A stretch of 64,000 nt of DNA from Eledone cirrhosa (GCA_964016885.1 OZ024749.1:44888001-44952000), one strand, 5' to 3'. Positions 12,861-26,345 are shown, numbered from the stretch's first letter. Made by a program: numbers and translations. Notes: generated by a model from the letters alone, not told the origin.

Positions 12861-13039
12861 TGTTTCTACTTTTGGCACAAGGCCAGTAATTATCACAGTG
12901 TATTACTGGTACTTTATTTTATCGATCCCTAGAATGATGAAAGGCAAAGTTAACCTCGGCAGGATTTGAACTCAGACCACAAAGGGACATAACTCTATGC
13001 TGAAAAGCATGGCGTTAGACCCTCTACCGATACTGCCAA
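12861..13039 (-). mobile_element. tRNA-derived SINE
   Basis: Reverse complement of the SINE consensus, lacking the first few bases. Confidence 0.9.
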
Positions 13040-13217
13040 ATAATGATGCCTATACTCTACCAACGTATTGAGTACCTTTTTAACCATGGTTACCTCCAGC
13101 ACCAATTGGGAACCTGCATATATATATATATATATATATGCAGGTTCCCAATTGGTGCTGGCGGTAACCACAGTTAAAAAGGTACTCAATACGTTGGTAG
13201 AGTATAGGGATCATTAT
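13040..13217. repeat. Inverted repeat (~78-bp arms) with (TA)n at the apex
   Basis: ATAATGAT...GTATTGAGTACC...GGGAACCTGCA(TA)nTGCAGGTTCCC...GGTACTCAATAC...ATCATTAT. Confidence 0.88.
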
Positions 13218-13221
13218 ATAT

Positions 13222-13410
13222 CGGTGGATTGGCAGTATCGGTAGAGAGTCGGACACCATGCTTTGAAGCATAGAGTTACGTCCCTTTATGATCTGAGTTC
13301 AAATCCCACCGAGGTTAACTTTGCCTTTCATCCTTACGGGGTCGATAAAATAAAGTACCAGTAATGCAATGGGTAATTGCTGGCCTTGTGCCAAAAGTAG
13401 AAACAATTAT
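13222..13410 (+). mobile_element. tRNA-derived SINE
   Basis: A box, B box, core and AGTAGAAACAATT end. Confidence 0.92.
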
Positions 13411-13420
13411 ATATATATAT

Positions 13421-13610
13421 GGCGGTGGATTGGCAGTAACGGTAGAGGGTCGGGCGCCATGCTTCCACGCATAGAGTTACGGCCCTTGCCATTCTGAGTT
13501 CAAATCCCGCCGAGGTTAACTTTGCCTTTCATCCTTACGGGGTTCGATAAAATAAAGTACCAGTAATACACTGGGTAATTGCTGGCCTTGTGCTAAAAGT
13601 AGAAACAATT
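13421..13610 (+). mobile_element. tRNA-derived SINE, tandem to the previous copy
   Basis: Starts GGCGGTGGATTGGCAG, matches the full consensus, ATT(AT)n on both sides. Confidence 0.92.
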
Positions 13611-14097
13611 ATATATATATATATATGTGTGTGTATCTGTGTGTGTGTGTTAAGAGAGAGAGAGATAAATAGTTAGATATGTACACATATCTATATATAT
13701 GATATATGATATACATCCGTTTCTGTTGGTAAGCGCGCGCCTGTGTGATGTGTGTCTGTATGTAAGTCAGAAATCTTATCCTATCCCATCAGCTGTCCTA
13801 AATCAGTTTTAGTATATCAATTTAACCGCGTGTAGGAGACAAAAATAATAAAATAGAACAGTAAAAAGCAAAACTAAACCTAACCGTACTTCATATTTCC
13901 TTCACAGTAAGCTAGTTCTCATGGGCAATAACTCACACCAGAGCGTTGTATGTGTCGTGTCAAATGTTCATGTGTGCTTCGTATTTTTTTTTATTTTTTT
14001 TTTGTTCTTGTTGTATTTGACTGTTGTCTGCTGTATTTTTTCCTCCATATAATCGTTTGTTTTAATAAGACTTTTTTTCTTTTTGTCAACGTCTTCG

Positions 14098-14120
14098 TTA
14101 TCATCATCATCACCATCATT

Positions 14121-14157
<37 letters not shown>

Positions 14158-14164
14158 CAATCAA

Positions 14165-14197
<33 letters not shown>

Positions 14198-14260
14198 TAT
14201 CATCATCATCATCATCATCATCATTGCCACTATCATAGTCGTAATCCTCATCATCATCAC

Positions 14261-14291
<31 letters not shown>

Positions 14292-14313
14292 GCAATAATC
14301 ATTATCATTATCA
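14098..14313. repeat. Imperfect (ATC)n microsatellite
   Basis: Direct reading. Source of the poly-I and poly-M pseudo-ORFs. Confidence 0.95.
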
Positions 14314-15037
14314 TGTTTTGTCGATTTTTTCTAGATTTTATTTTAGATTTATTTCTAATTTTCATTTATTATTTTATATTATTTTATAATTGTTTTTTTT
14401 TTCTGTTTTGTCTTTTATTTATTTTATTTTTTTTTGGCGATTGTTGTTTTTTTTTGTTTTTGTTTTAACGTTTCTATGACAGTAAGCGACCTCTAGGTGA
14501 AACCCAAAAATACACACGGTTAATAATCCACAACTTAACAAATCTATGCACCATAAAGTTTCTTGCTTCGTAGAATATTAGGTAGATTCTTACTTGTAAA
14601 CAGGTCGAATGTGGTTGTATTTTCATCTTAATATATTTATTTCATTCAGTCTTTCATTCTGTTCATCAGAATTTTTTTCTTCTGAATATATTTTCATTGT
14701 TGATTTTTTTTTCATGTATTTATTCATTTTATTTCTCATGTTTATCTTTATTTGCATTATTTTTATTTCTATATTTTATTTCTATATTTAAAATTTGTTT
14801 TCCTACTTTCGATTTTTTTTTTCTTTTTATGTGTGGTTGTGTGTACTTGGGAGGATTATTGTTAAGTTGTTTACGATTGTATTTACGATTATATTTATTT
14901 TACAAATGTTATTTTTTTTGTCTTTTCTAGTAATATTTATTTATACATTCATGTATTTATTTATAATATGCCTAATTCGACAACGAGATTATTTTTCATT
15001 TGTTTTATGTACGTACATACGCATGTATATATGTATG

Positions 15038-15127
<90 letters not shown>

Positions 15128-15181
15128 TATGTATATATATGTATATATAAATACATACATATATATATATATATATAATTG

Positions 15182-15228
<47 letters not shown>

Positions 15229-15236
15229 ACATATAC

Positions 15237-15326
<90 letters not shown>

Positions 15327-15616
15327 ATATAAAAAGCTATATATATATATGTGTGATACACATCTAAATTTTGGATTTCTTTATAACACTTTTATAAGTT
15401 GCTTGTATTTTCTGTTTCTGATTGTTTAGACTTTTTATATATCGATTTCCTTTGTTTTCCATTTTACACTTTCTTTGGTCTTCTTTTATTTTTTCTATTT
15501 CTCAGTCTGAATCAGATGTGCATGAATGATGTCGAGCATGATTTGCTTGCTTATTTCTTTTATGTATGTATATATATAAGCATCTTCGATTTCTTATATA
15601 CACACATATATATATG

Positions 15617-15723
<107 letters not shown>

Positions 15724-15732
15724 AATGTATAT

Positions 15733-15830
<98 letters not shown>

Positions 15831-15920
15831 ATTTATATATATATATATATATATATAAATGTATATATATATATATATATATAAATATATATATATACAT
15901 ATGTGTATATATATATATAT

Positions 15921-16108
15921 ATAGGAAAAAGTATGACCCAGACGGCAGAGCTCAAGCCGTTTCGACGGCTTTTTCTGGAAATAGCCGTCGAAACGGCTTG
16001 AGCTCTGCCGTCGGGGTCATACTTTTTCCTATTTCCCACTCTACTACCCTAAGTATTGAGTATTCTGGTGCGTTATGATCCATCTGGTTCCTTACCACAA
16101 TTCCTTTG

Positions 16109-16110
<2 letters not shown>
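15921..16110 (+). mobile_element. Family A hairpin-plus-tail element in (TA)n
   Basis: Inverted repeat 15921-16032 with apex TTTCTGGAAA, tail 16033-16110. Confidence 0.85.
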
Positions 16111-16171
<61 letters not shown>

Positions 16172-16396
16172 CACACACATATGTATATATATGTGTGTGT
16201 ATGTGTTTGTGTGTGTTTGTGAAAGTGTGTGTGCATTTGTCTGTATTCGTTCTCCTATTTTATTATTTTCTTTATGTGTGATGTTTTACTGGAAGACTTG
16301 TTTCATAGTAGTCCTAGATACGCTTCACTCACCATTACTGACTGCTTATAACTATTGGACTGGTCATATATATATATATATGTACATACATACATA

Positions 16397-16526
<130 letters not shown>

Positions 16527-16633
16527 CACATATTATATATTTATATATACATATAAATATATATATATATATATATGTATAACGATATATATATATATAT
16601 ATATAATCACACATATATATATATATAATTATA

Positions 16634-16663
<30 letters not shown>

Positions 16664-16664
<1 letters not shown>

Positions 16665-17208
16665 TAAAATAACATTAAAGTTTAAGCAAAGAATCGCTGT
16701 TTTCACCCTTAACGGGATCTTCTGAAACTAAAGAATTCAATCTGTGAACGCAGAAGTAAATATTTAAAAAAACGCGGCAACCGAAGGAAAACAGGAAGAC
16801 GATAGTTTGGTTCGTGGAAACGTAACTTGGCAAAGAACGGAAAAACGAAGATACTACGTCATTATACGACATCATTTATAACATAAACGTGGTTTTGTCT
16901 TTGTGTGTAATTGTTTTCACGCACCAAATAATGATGTATTATCTTCGTTTTTTTCCGTTCTTTGCCAGGGAACGTTTCCACGAACCAAATTATCGTCTTC
17001 CTGTCTTCCTTCGGTTGCAACGCTTTTTGAAATATTTACTTCTGCGTTCACAGATTGACTTTTTTAATATCAGAAGATCCCGTTAAGCGATTCTTTGCTT
17101 AAACTTTAATCTGTTATTTTAATAAATATTGGCTCTACGGTTCTTATATATCTGATATATATATTTATCCTTATCGAGCCCTATTTGGATTTTAGCCTTC
17201 AAATTTAT
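16664..17208 (+). mobile_element. Family H hairpin-plus-tail element, ~200-bp diverged arms
   Basis: ~16666-16865 is the reverse complement of ~16928-17120. The tail 17121-17208 recurs at 17938-18030 (-) and 50318-50400 (+). Confidence 0.8.
16679..16729 (-). ncRNA. Hammerhead-like motif, U4A variant (family H)
   Basis: AGTTT-CAGAAGA-TCCC(GTTAA)GGGT-GAAA-ACA...TGC-TT-AAACT. One mismatch in stem III. Confidence 0.5.
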
Positions 17209-17248
17209 TCTGAGCCGGATGGCTGAAACAGGTAAAAGGGTAAAAGAG

Positions 17249-17357
<109 letters not shown>

Positions 17358-17937
17358 AGGAAATATACACATAAGGAAATAGTACCTATTCGTGACGGTG
17401 AGAATTCATCGGAGGTGCACAGAAGCACAAAAATAAGTAATTCTTAACAAACAAATAAATATGTAGCTAAACATTAGAAATAAATGGTGCAAAACTCTGT
17501 CAATGCCAGACAGTTTGCTATGCAGGTGTTGTAAAATGTAATAATCCAGAGAATATTGAAGCCGTGATAGTCGATGCTACGTCATGAACCAAACATCGAT
17601 TTAGTGGTGCGTGAATCATTTATTGCAGGTGAATCGATGTATTCGTCATTCAGTCGAGTCTGTATAAAACTATTACATATTACTGAGACACCAGTGAAAA
17701 AACAAATGCTAATAATATTTTTAACTAGTTATATAACCATCTAATTTCCATACTAGTATTGCCTGGAATTTTATCATCTTCGAATTTTATGTTCCACGGT
17801 CAGGCTTTGCACAAAGAACGTAAAATGTGTGTAATTGAACTGAATATTTAATCCAGACCCTTCCTGTCCAAGCAAAGGCAACTTTGTCCCAACCCTCTCT
17901 CTCCCTCTATCTCTCTCTCTATATATATATATAGCAA

Positions 17938-18071
17938 TAATAATAAATGTGAAGACTAAACTCCAAAGAGGGCTCGATAAGGTTAAATATATATCAAATA
18001 TATAAGAGCCCTAGAGCAAATATTTATTAAAATAACAGATTAAAGTTTAAGCACAGAATCGTTGCTTTAAC
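17938..18071 (-). mobile_element. Family H 3' fragment
   Basis: Reverse complement of ~17085-17208, next to (TA)n. Confidence 0.7.
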
Positions 18072-18084
18072 CTATATATATATA

Positions 18085-18175
<91 letters not shown>

Positions 18176-19049
18176 TTCATTGCGCTTATTGAATTGTAGT
18201 AGCTAGCCTATATGAAGATTCTAGTCTGTTAGTAATAGACACAAAAGTATCGTTTAAAATTTCTCGCGTAACACATATCATAATACAATTCTGGGTACAA
18301 TGTGTCTTTAAAAAAGTAAGGTACTGGCTACTACTGGACCACTTTGATCTACTTGAACAGAAAAGGTCTTGGTCTCAAAAACAACTCACAGTCTACCCTC
18401 CCACCTCTGCTCTCTCTATCTCTCTCGTATCTCCTAATCTCGCTGAGTCTGTTTACCTTTCTGCTTCTCTTCGTATCTGATGTGTTATTCTCTCTGTTAA
18501 ATCGCCTGTAAAATAGCACAAGGATTTTTTTACACGGTACACAACACTGGTGAGCTAACTGTATAATATGAACCCACGTTCATTTCGTAGTAGACAAGTT
18601 GTCTAGACTCATAAACCTCAAAGCCGCTGCGACTCACCTGTTGTGATAACAGTGGGTGGGTGTAGAATCAAATCAACTACGAAAAGAAAAAAACCTGGAC
18701 GAGAATCTCACAAATTCAAGCTGACAGTTACTCAACCAAACCTGATATTGTAGTGCTCTAATAATCATCCTATTTGAACTATCATATTCTATGATCACAG
18801 CCCTATAACATATATATTGATGTTTGTGTTGTAGTAATGGGGAAGACCTTGATATCCATACAGATTATGCTCTAAACATTTTAGGCGCGGTATCATCCCA
18901 TGGTGAGGGCCTTAGTCGTTCAGGTATTTCGAACTTACTTTTGGCCCTTCGCCCCGACAAGAACCACAAATATTTTCAGGTCACCTAACCCAGCTTTCCA
19001 CTCTGGACTTCATATCATTAAGTCTTATGGACGATGTTTTCTAATTTAG

Positions 19050-19205
19050 GCAAATCGATTAAATCGACCCAATACGTGATTGGTAGGATATTTTATTACA
19101 CCTATAAATATGAAAGGCAAAGGACAGATTTTTGGTATTTAAACTAACTATGTAAAAAGGTGAACAGTTGCGCAAAGCATTTTCTCCGACGCTTTAACGA
19201 TTCTA
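19050..19205 (-). mobile_element. Old diverged relative of the tRNA-SINE
   Basis: TCGATTAAATCGACCCAATACGTGATTGGTA...ATGAAAGGCAAAG matches the reverse complement of the longer SINE variant. Confidence 0.6.
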
Positions 19206-20578
19206 TAGATCAAACATCCGTAAACTCACCCGAAACATTAACCAAAGCGACGTAAATCTTTTCCAATGTAGTTGTTATGTCTGCAGAGTTTTTGTCATGG
19301 TTTGAGGAATCCTCATTCTTATTGTTGTTGTTGTTGTTGTTCTTGAGCGTTATCTCAAACCTAATTGTATGCATATATGATCAACGAATCTAGCAAAGAA
19401 TTTCACATTATATTTTTCAGTTTTTGTACAGCCGGCCTACAATATGCGCAAAACACGCCGAGATTAAGGACAGTGCCCCTACAAACCCATTAAGAGTTAT
19501 GGGATCTTTATCATTTTTGATGATTTACTGGAGATTTTGCTGCTATTTATAGTCTTTTTTGTTGACTTCTATCACTTGCTTTTATTACAGCATTTATGTT
19601 GTTGTTATTGTTAATATTGCTATAGTTTCAGTCATTGTTTATTCTGTTCATTAACACATAAACTTATACAACCGGAGACAAAGACAACATCACTACCTGG
19701 TTGTTTGCCCTGCTAGAAATAACAACCGAATCTGTTTTAAACTCACCTTAACGTATTAGAAAAGGAGTATTTGGATAATGTGTTCATGAATTTCATGCAA
19801 AAAAAAAAAAAAATGATGAGATGATCCCAGTGGAAAGTTTTTGAACATAGGCCCGGCTAGCAAGAGCTAACCTGTGGCTAAACAACAACCAGCCACATTG
19901 CAACAATGCACGCACACCAATACTACCATACACATTCACCATATATATATATACACACACAAACAGCCATACACTTAAACAACAATGTACAACCACACAA
20001 ATACATAGACACACACACGCCCTCCTCCCAAACATGCAATCACAGTCATCGAACCCCCAGATAACACACTACAACTGGCGTACATACAGCCAGACACTAA
20101 TTCAGCAAGACTGAACACCACACGTAGAAACACCAAACATCCATTGATACACGCCGTCAGCAGATTATATTCTCGCATTAGCACTCTCCAAAAACTTCTT
20201 CGCCATCGTCCAACAAGAATCCTTCATTTTTAGATAAATGTGTTTGTCTCTGAGAGTATGAAAGAGAAGGGAAGAGTGAAAAAGAGAGAGTCGGGTGTGG
20301 GCGAGTGAGAGCTACTGAAAGAAAACCAGATAAACAGAGAGAGATAAATAGAGAGAGAGAGATAGAGAGAGAATGGGGAGCAATGGAGATGTGGTATAGG
20401 AAGAAAATGAAAGTTTTATGAAAAAGTATATATATAATATACATATATATATATATATATATATAATATATATATAATATATATATATATATATGATATA
20501 TATATATGATATATATATACAAAGAGAGAGAGAGAGAGAGAGGGGGGGGAGAGGAGTGGGAACAAGATTGATGTAGTA

Positions 20579-20614
<36 letters not shown>

Positions 20615-20648
20615 GGGGAGAGAGAGGAGTGGGAACAAGATTGATGTA

Positions 20649-20692
<44 letters not shown>

Positions 20693-21245
20693 TGTTGGTA
20701 GACAGATATATAGATGTTGAGAGAAAGAGAAAAAGATTGAGAGAGATCGATCAATAAGATGGATACACTCCCCCTCTCCTCCCACAACACATCACTGTGG
20801 CCCACAGCCTACCAACACAGCTCACCACCTCATCCCACCACGACAGGCCACAACCGCAATCCACCACCCCAACCCACTACCAACGCGGCCCGCTAAAATT
20901 CTCTCTTTTCAAAACATTCCTGATTCCGTTGAACAATACACATTCTTAACATTCATTCGTTCCCTTTTCAATAGATTGACACCCCAACTCCTTACATTTT
21001 TACTCCTTATACGAGGAGTCATCAGCCCTTTAAATAAATAAACAAATAAACAAATAAATAAATAACACATATATACATACATATATACATATATATTATT
21101 ATATATATATATATATATGTATGCCTGTGCGTGTACGTGTATATTTTAGAGAGCGACTGTGCGTGTAGTGTGAGTGTTTGCATGTGTGCAAGTAAGCATG
21201 TATGCATGTATATATGCAAGCATGTTCATCCGTATGAATCTACGA

Positions 21246-21289
<44 letters not shown>

Positions 21290-21334
21290 ATGTGTGTGTA
21301 TGTATGTATGTATGTATATATGTATGTATGTATG

Positions 21335-21368
<34 letters not shown>

Positions 21369-21965
21369 TGTATGTATGCATGTATATATGTACGTATGCA
21401 TGTGTATGTACGTAACTCAGCTTGCGTGCATGTATGTATATATGAACGCACGTATAGATATATATATATATATATATATGTATTTATATATGCATGTATG
21501 TATGTATGTATGTATGTATGTATGTATGTATGTATGTATGTATGTATGTATGTATGAATATGTGTATGAATGTATGTATGTATGCATATATATATATGTA
21601 TGTACGTATGTACGTATGTATGCATGTATATATATATAAAGAAATAAAAACAACAACAGCGACAACAAACTTCTCACGACATGGTAAACTCTAAAACGCG
21701 TTGATGACACATCTCGAACGGCTAACACCGCCGCCTCACTTGTCCAACGATGATAGCCACCAACGCCGCCACCACTACCACAACACCTCACTTTTTTATT
21801 ATATGTTCCGTTATATGTGCATGTGTGTATATATATGTTTGTATGTATGTATGCATATGTGTATGTATGTACTTATGTATGTTTGTATGTATGTGTGTAT
21901 GCCTACGCAGACATACATCCATTCATATATTCATACATACATGCAAACTCACATCCCTCCCTCCC

Positions 21966-22001
<36 letters not shown>

Positions 22002-22031
22002 ACATATATATATATGTGTGTGTGTGTGTAC

Positions 22032-22065
<34 letters not shown>

Positions 22066-22162
22066 ACATATATATATATATATATATGTGTGTGTGTTTA
22101 CATATATATATATATATGTGTGTGTGTGTGTACATATATATATATATATATGTGTGTGTGCT

Positions 22163-22273
<111 letters not shown>

Positions 22274-22864
22274 TCTTGTGCTGAGTTCCGTCTTTGAAAT
22301 ATTATCCTACTGAAGCAACGTTTTCATTGGCTTTAGTCAAGTCTATCGACAACGGGGCATAGTACGTTGTTTATTTTTATCGATCTCAATGTATCGAATA
22401 CTAAAATTTAGCGTTTTGAGCGTCAAGGGACATAATTCAAGTCCACTCAATACATAAAATTCAACAATGTCCTTTTGTTCAACATATCGGTGATAAACGG
22501 AATTTACAAAGAAATACACATACTCGTTCACAAAACCACACACACTCACACGCACACATACACAGACACAAGCACACTCACACACAAATACTCTCACCCA
22601 CAAACTTTAACGTCTAAACTAACAACCAATTGACACCCACCAAACATACATACATCTATTTATTTCCAGTCACAAGACTGTGGTCTATTTGAGGATACAC
22701 TGTTGACCATCGTGACACAGTGTTAGATTCAAGCTGAAACTTCATGATTTGGAAGCGACCAGCTCATATAGATAGTCGATCGACTTTTTCGTCAAATCGG
22801 ACCGAGGAAACAGTGTTTCCAATTGCTTGTACTACCTATCGGTCGCAACTCCAGGTAGAAGTAG

Positions 22865-22980
22865 CAACGTGAAATAAAGTGTCTTGCCCAAGGACATAAC
22901 GCATCGCACAGTCTGGGAATTGAACTCACAACCTCACAACCTCGCGAATTTAATTCTCTATCCACTCAGCCACGCGCCTT
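22865..22980 (-). mobile_element. Second tRNA-SINE family with a CORE/V-like segment
   Basis: Minus strand has AGGCGCGTGGCTGAGTGGATAG (A box), GAGTTCAATTCC (B box), then GTTATGTCCTTGGGCAAGACACTTT. Confidence 0.7.
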
Positions 22981-23644
22981 CACAGCTCATATATAGTTAG
23001 AATATTAATGATAGAAGCATTACTCATAACACAGTACAATGCTAAACATATTAAATAAATATACATAACAACATGCAGTAATCACACCTACACAAAAAGA
23101 ATCATTTCATTAATGAGGTAAAAATTTCCCGGTGTAATATATTTCAGCTTGTAATTTCTACATTACTCGCAACAGATATGCATACTTTATTTCAGAATGT
23201 CGGACCAGATGATTTAATAAATTCGAGGCCTTTATAGTAGTAGTTTGCCCCAAACAAACTACTCCGCATTCGTAGGATAACATGAATACAATTAAATAAA
23301 ACCAAAATTGCAAATCCAGAGCACATTTGTATACCAAATGCATATTTTTATGAGGAAAATTATCTTATTACGCATATATGTGATTGCGTATCTGATATTG
23401 TGTGTATTCAACAAATCTAGCCACATTACACTAAAAAAATTAAAGAATTTTGATAGACACGAGGATTAGAAAAATGTTTTTTGTAAACGAGGTAGAATAC
23501 AATACAGGTATCCCAACAAATAGGCGTGTTTAATATGCTATGCTGTACATATCAGAAGAACATATGAGAAGAAAATTAGCTGATTAGAACAGTCAATCTT
23601 AAGTTCTATACTTCGATTACTGAAAACCTTCTCTCTCTCTCCCA

Positions 23645-23678
<34 letters not shown>

Positions 23679-23737
23679 CTCTCTCTCTCTACCTCTCTCT
23701 CTATCTCTCCCTCTCTCTCTGATATATATATATATCC

Positions 23738-23872
23738 AGGAAAAACTTGAACCGTTAAGTTATTCTTTCCTGGTTATGTCAATATTTATAAAACAAACTT
23801 TGTATTTTATCTGATGAGGGCATACCACATTTTGCAACCCTTGAAATATATATAATAGAATAAATATGGTTT

Positions 23873-23880
<8 letters not shown>
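23738..23880 (+). mobile_element. Family C element in (TA)n
   Basis: TATGTCAA.ATTTATAAAAC...ATGGTTTTATA shared with 28503-28791 and 61562-62009. Confidence 0.7.
23803..23862 (+). ncRNA. Type I hammerhead (family C)
   Basis: TATTTTAT-CTGATGA-GGG...CCCTT-GAAA-TATATA-TA-ATAGAATA: 8-bp stem I with one G-U pair. Confidence 0.7.
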
Positions 23881-23952
<72 letters not shown>

Positions 23953-23958
<6 letters not shown>

Positions 23959-24133
23959 CTTCAACAGAACTAGAAGTGTTTCATTCGGGAGAAATCATCA
24001 GGAAGCCCTGATGATTTCTCCCGAATGAAACAGTCCTAGTCCTGTAGAAGCCTTTCTATATTAAATATTTACAATCTGCTTTGTATTGAGTACCTTACTT
24101 ACTGTGGTTAGCTCCGATTGAACCCGGGATAAT
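23953..24133 (+). mobile_element. Family B hairpin-plus-tail element with hammerhead cores on both arms
   Basis: Inverted repeat ~23953-24058. Minus strand 24007->23957 reads GGCTTC-CTGATGA-TTTC(TCCC)GAAT-GAAA-CAC...CTG-TT-GAAGCC. Tail contains GTATTGAGTACC. Confidence 0.8.
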
Positions 24134-24311
24134 CTTATATATATATATAACAGTAAGTTCACCATATGGTGAACTAAATGGTGTGTTACCACTTCTACCA
24201 AACTCGTCCCATGGACTGAGTGCTCTACCACTACGGATATTACCTTCCAGAGTTCTACCTCTCTCTCTCTCTCTGTCTCTCTCTCTCTCAATCTCTCTCT
24301 CTCTCTTTCTT

Positions 24312-24346
<35 letters not shown>

Positions 24347-24585
24347 ATATATATATATTTCAACCTGTTAGTTTTTTCGGTATTTTTTCAACCTGTTAGT
24401 TTTTTCGTTACTTTGGTATTGTCTGTTAGATTTTACCACAATGTTCAATGTTCAATGTGTCAAGCTATGTAAACGTATGTTAGTACTCTAAGGACCTACC
24501 CTTAATGAGTGCTTTGCTAACTCATTCATATTGTAGGTCGAATTTGCTTGCCGACAGCCAAAGATTCTATTTTACTAAGCCTCCA

Positions 24586-24622
<37 letters not shown>

Positions 24623-24899
24623 GTTTGTATATATATAATAAAGCCAAAACAATGCAGGTATGGACATAGAATAAAGAATGAAAATGCAAAAGATATTGTT
24701 GACAATTAGTCTTTTACCTTAGATTTATTTAAATGTCCTTAATTTTCGAGATAATATCTCTTCTTCGGAGGGAAGTAAAGCGGTTAAACCAGTGTTCTAA
24801 ATAGCTTGCCAAGTCATGCTGTTCATACCTGCATTGTTTTGGCTTTATTATACATATACAAACCTTTATACCTCATTAAACAATGCTTCAAGTGAACTA
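24623..24899 (+). mobile_element. Hairpin-plus-tail element, ~44-bp arms and ~153-nt spacer
   Basis: 24623-24666 is the reverse complement of 24820-24863. The tail contains ACAATGCTTCAAG, also present in the family F tail. Confidence 0.7.
24737..24771 (-). ncRNA. Minimal hammerhead-like motif, U4C variant
   Basis: CCT-CCGAAGA-A-GAGAT(ATT)ATCTC-GAAA-AT-TA-AGG. Confidence 0.55.
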
Positions 24900-25247
24900 T
24901 AACCTATATATAACCTATATATAAATATATATATATAATCATATCGATGAATGTAAATTGCAATTACAATAGAACGAGCACTCGCTAATGCAGACATTAG
25001 GCATCTATATGATTTAAAATAAATGGCAACTAAACTTCTTTTCGTCGTACGCAGATTTATATTACAAAGGCTTAATCTTAAACCAATAATCGGATACCAT
25101 CATGAAACACTGAGTACCAACGAATACATGTGCTTAGTTGCCAGGTATGATGAGTAATATATTTATATTTATATATATATATAGATATATATATATGTAA
25201 TAATACTTTACACACATCTCACTGTGTAACACACATCTCTTTGTGTA

Positions 25248-25433
25248 ATATTTGCATTTGAGCTCGGAAGGAAATTCTCTTCTTCTTTGAGCTACTACTA
25301 CTATTATTATTATTATTACAGTGAACTGCGGAATACTCTTATATTTGCATTTGAGCTCGGAAGGAAATTCTCTTCTTCTTTGAGCTACTACTACTATTAT
25401 TATTATTATTACAGTGAACTGCGGAATACTCTT
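25248..25433 (+). repeat. Tandem duplication of a ~93-bp unit
   Basis: ATATTTGCATTTGAGCTCGGAAGG...GCGGAATACTCTT occurs twice, essentially identical. Confidence 0.9.
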
Positions 25434-25443
25434 AATTCCGATC

Positions 25444-25514
<71 letters not shown>

Positions 25515-25520
<6 letters not shown>

Positions 25521-25849
25521 GTGAGGTTTTTTTTTACAAAATGAAAAATAACCGAGGTGTCCTACACGAGTGAAAGTATAAAGAAAAAAAGATGAAATCG
25601 AAAATGCAACTGGAGTCTTATTTTTTTAAAAAATATATATATTTATTTGGTTCCTTTACCGGTTTCGCAGTTCTTCTGCTTTTCAAAAGTAGAGTTGAGA
25701 TGGAGGATCTGTGGTTTTTCTCACAGACCCTCCATCTCAACTCTACTTTTGAAAAGCAGAAGAACTGCGAAACCGGTAAAGGAACCAAATAAATATATAT
25801 ATTTTTTTTAAAAATAGGACTCCAGTTGCATTTTCGATTTCATCTTTTT

Positions 25850-25853
<4 letters not shown>
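25515..25853 (-). mobile_element. Family I hairpin-plus-tail element, ~132-bp arms, in (TA)n
   Basis: 25582-25713 is the reverse complement of 25722-25853. Tail at 25515-25581. Confidence 0.85.
25746..25781 (+). ncRNA. Minimal type I hammerhead, U3-A8 variant (mirror copy 25654-25689 on -)
   Basis: CTT-TTGAAAA-GCAG(AAGAA)CTGC-GAAA-CCGG-TA-AAG. Confidence 0.65.
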
Positions 25854-25904
<51 letters not shown>

Positions 25905-26016
25905 TAAAAGGAATTTCAACTTTGTCTGATTTACTCGTTTTATTTACAATCCTTTAACATTTATAATGGTATTAGAATGAAATAGTATGGTGGAATATTA
26001 AATGTTAAGTGTTAAT

Positions 26017-26055
26017 TGAACAAGTACTCTCATGCTTTCGCAATCTTCAGGTTCA
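26017..26055 (-). ncRNA. Minimal type I hammerhead with one core substitution
   Basis: TGAAC-CTGAAGA-TTGC(GAAA)GCAT-GAGA-GTAC-TT-GTTCA: 5-bp stem I, GAAA-capped stem II, palindromic GTAC. Core GAAA reads GAGA. Confidence 0.6.
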
Positions 26056-26127
26056 TATTCTGTGGTGACAGTCAAGTTTTCAATTTTCAACTGTATATAT
26101 ATAAACACAACTGTATATATATACACA

Positions 26128-26274
26128 AACAAAGAAAGTGTGGTAAGATACCAAGTGGACCATAACGCACCAGATACTTAGGGTAATAGAGTGGGTAATA
26201 AGAAAAGAGTCAGGACCCCAATTTCGATCTATCTGTCGAAACGGTCGGAACTTAGCCGTCGAGGTCCTGACTCT

Positions 26275-26280
<6 letters not shown>
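26128..26280 (-). mobile_element. Family A element (partly deleted)
   Basis: Family A tail on the left and GAAACGGTCGG...GCCGTCGAGGTCCTGACTCTTTTC arm on the right. Confidence 0.7.
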
Positions 26281-26317
<37 letters not shown>

Positions 26318-26345
26318 CAGAGAGAGAGACAGAGAGAGAGAGAGA

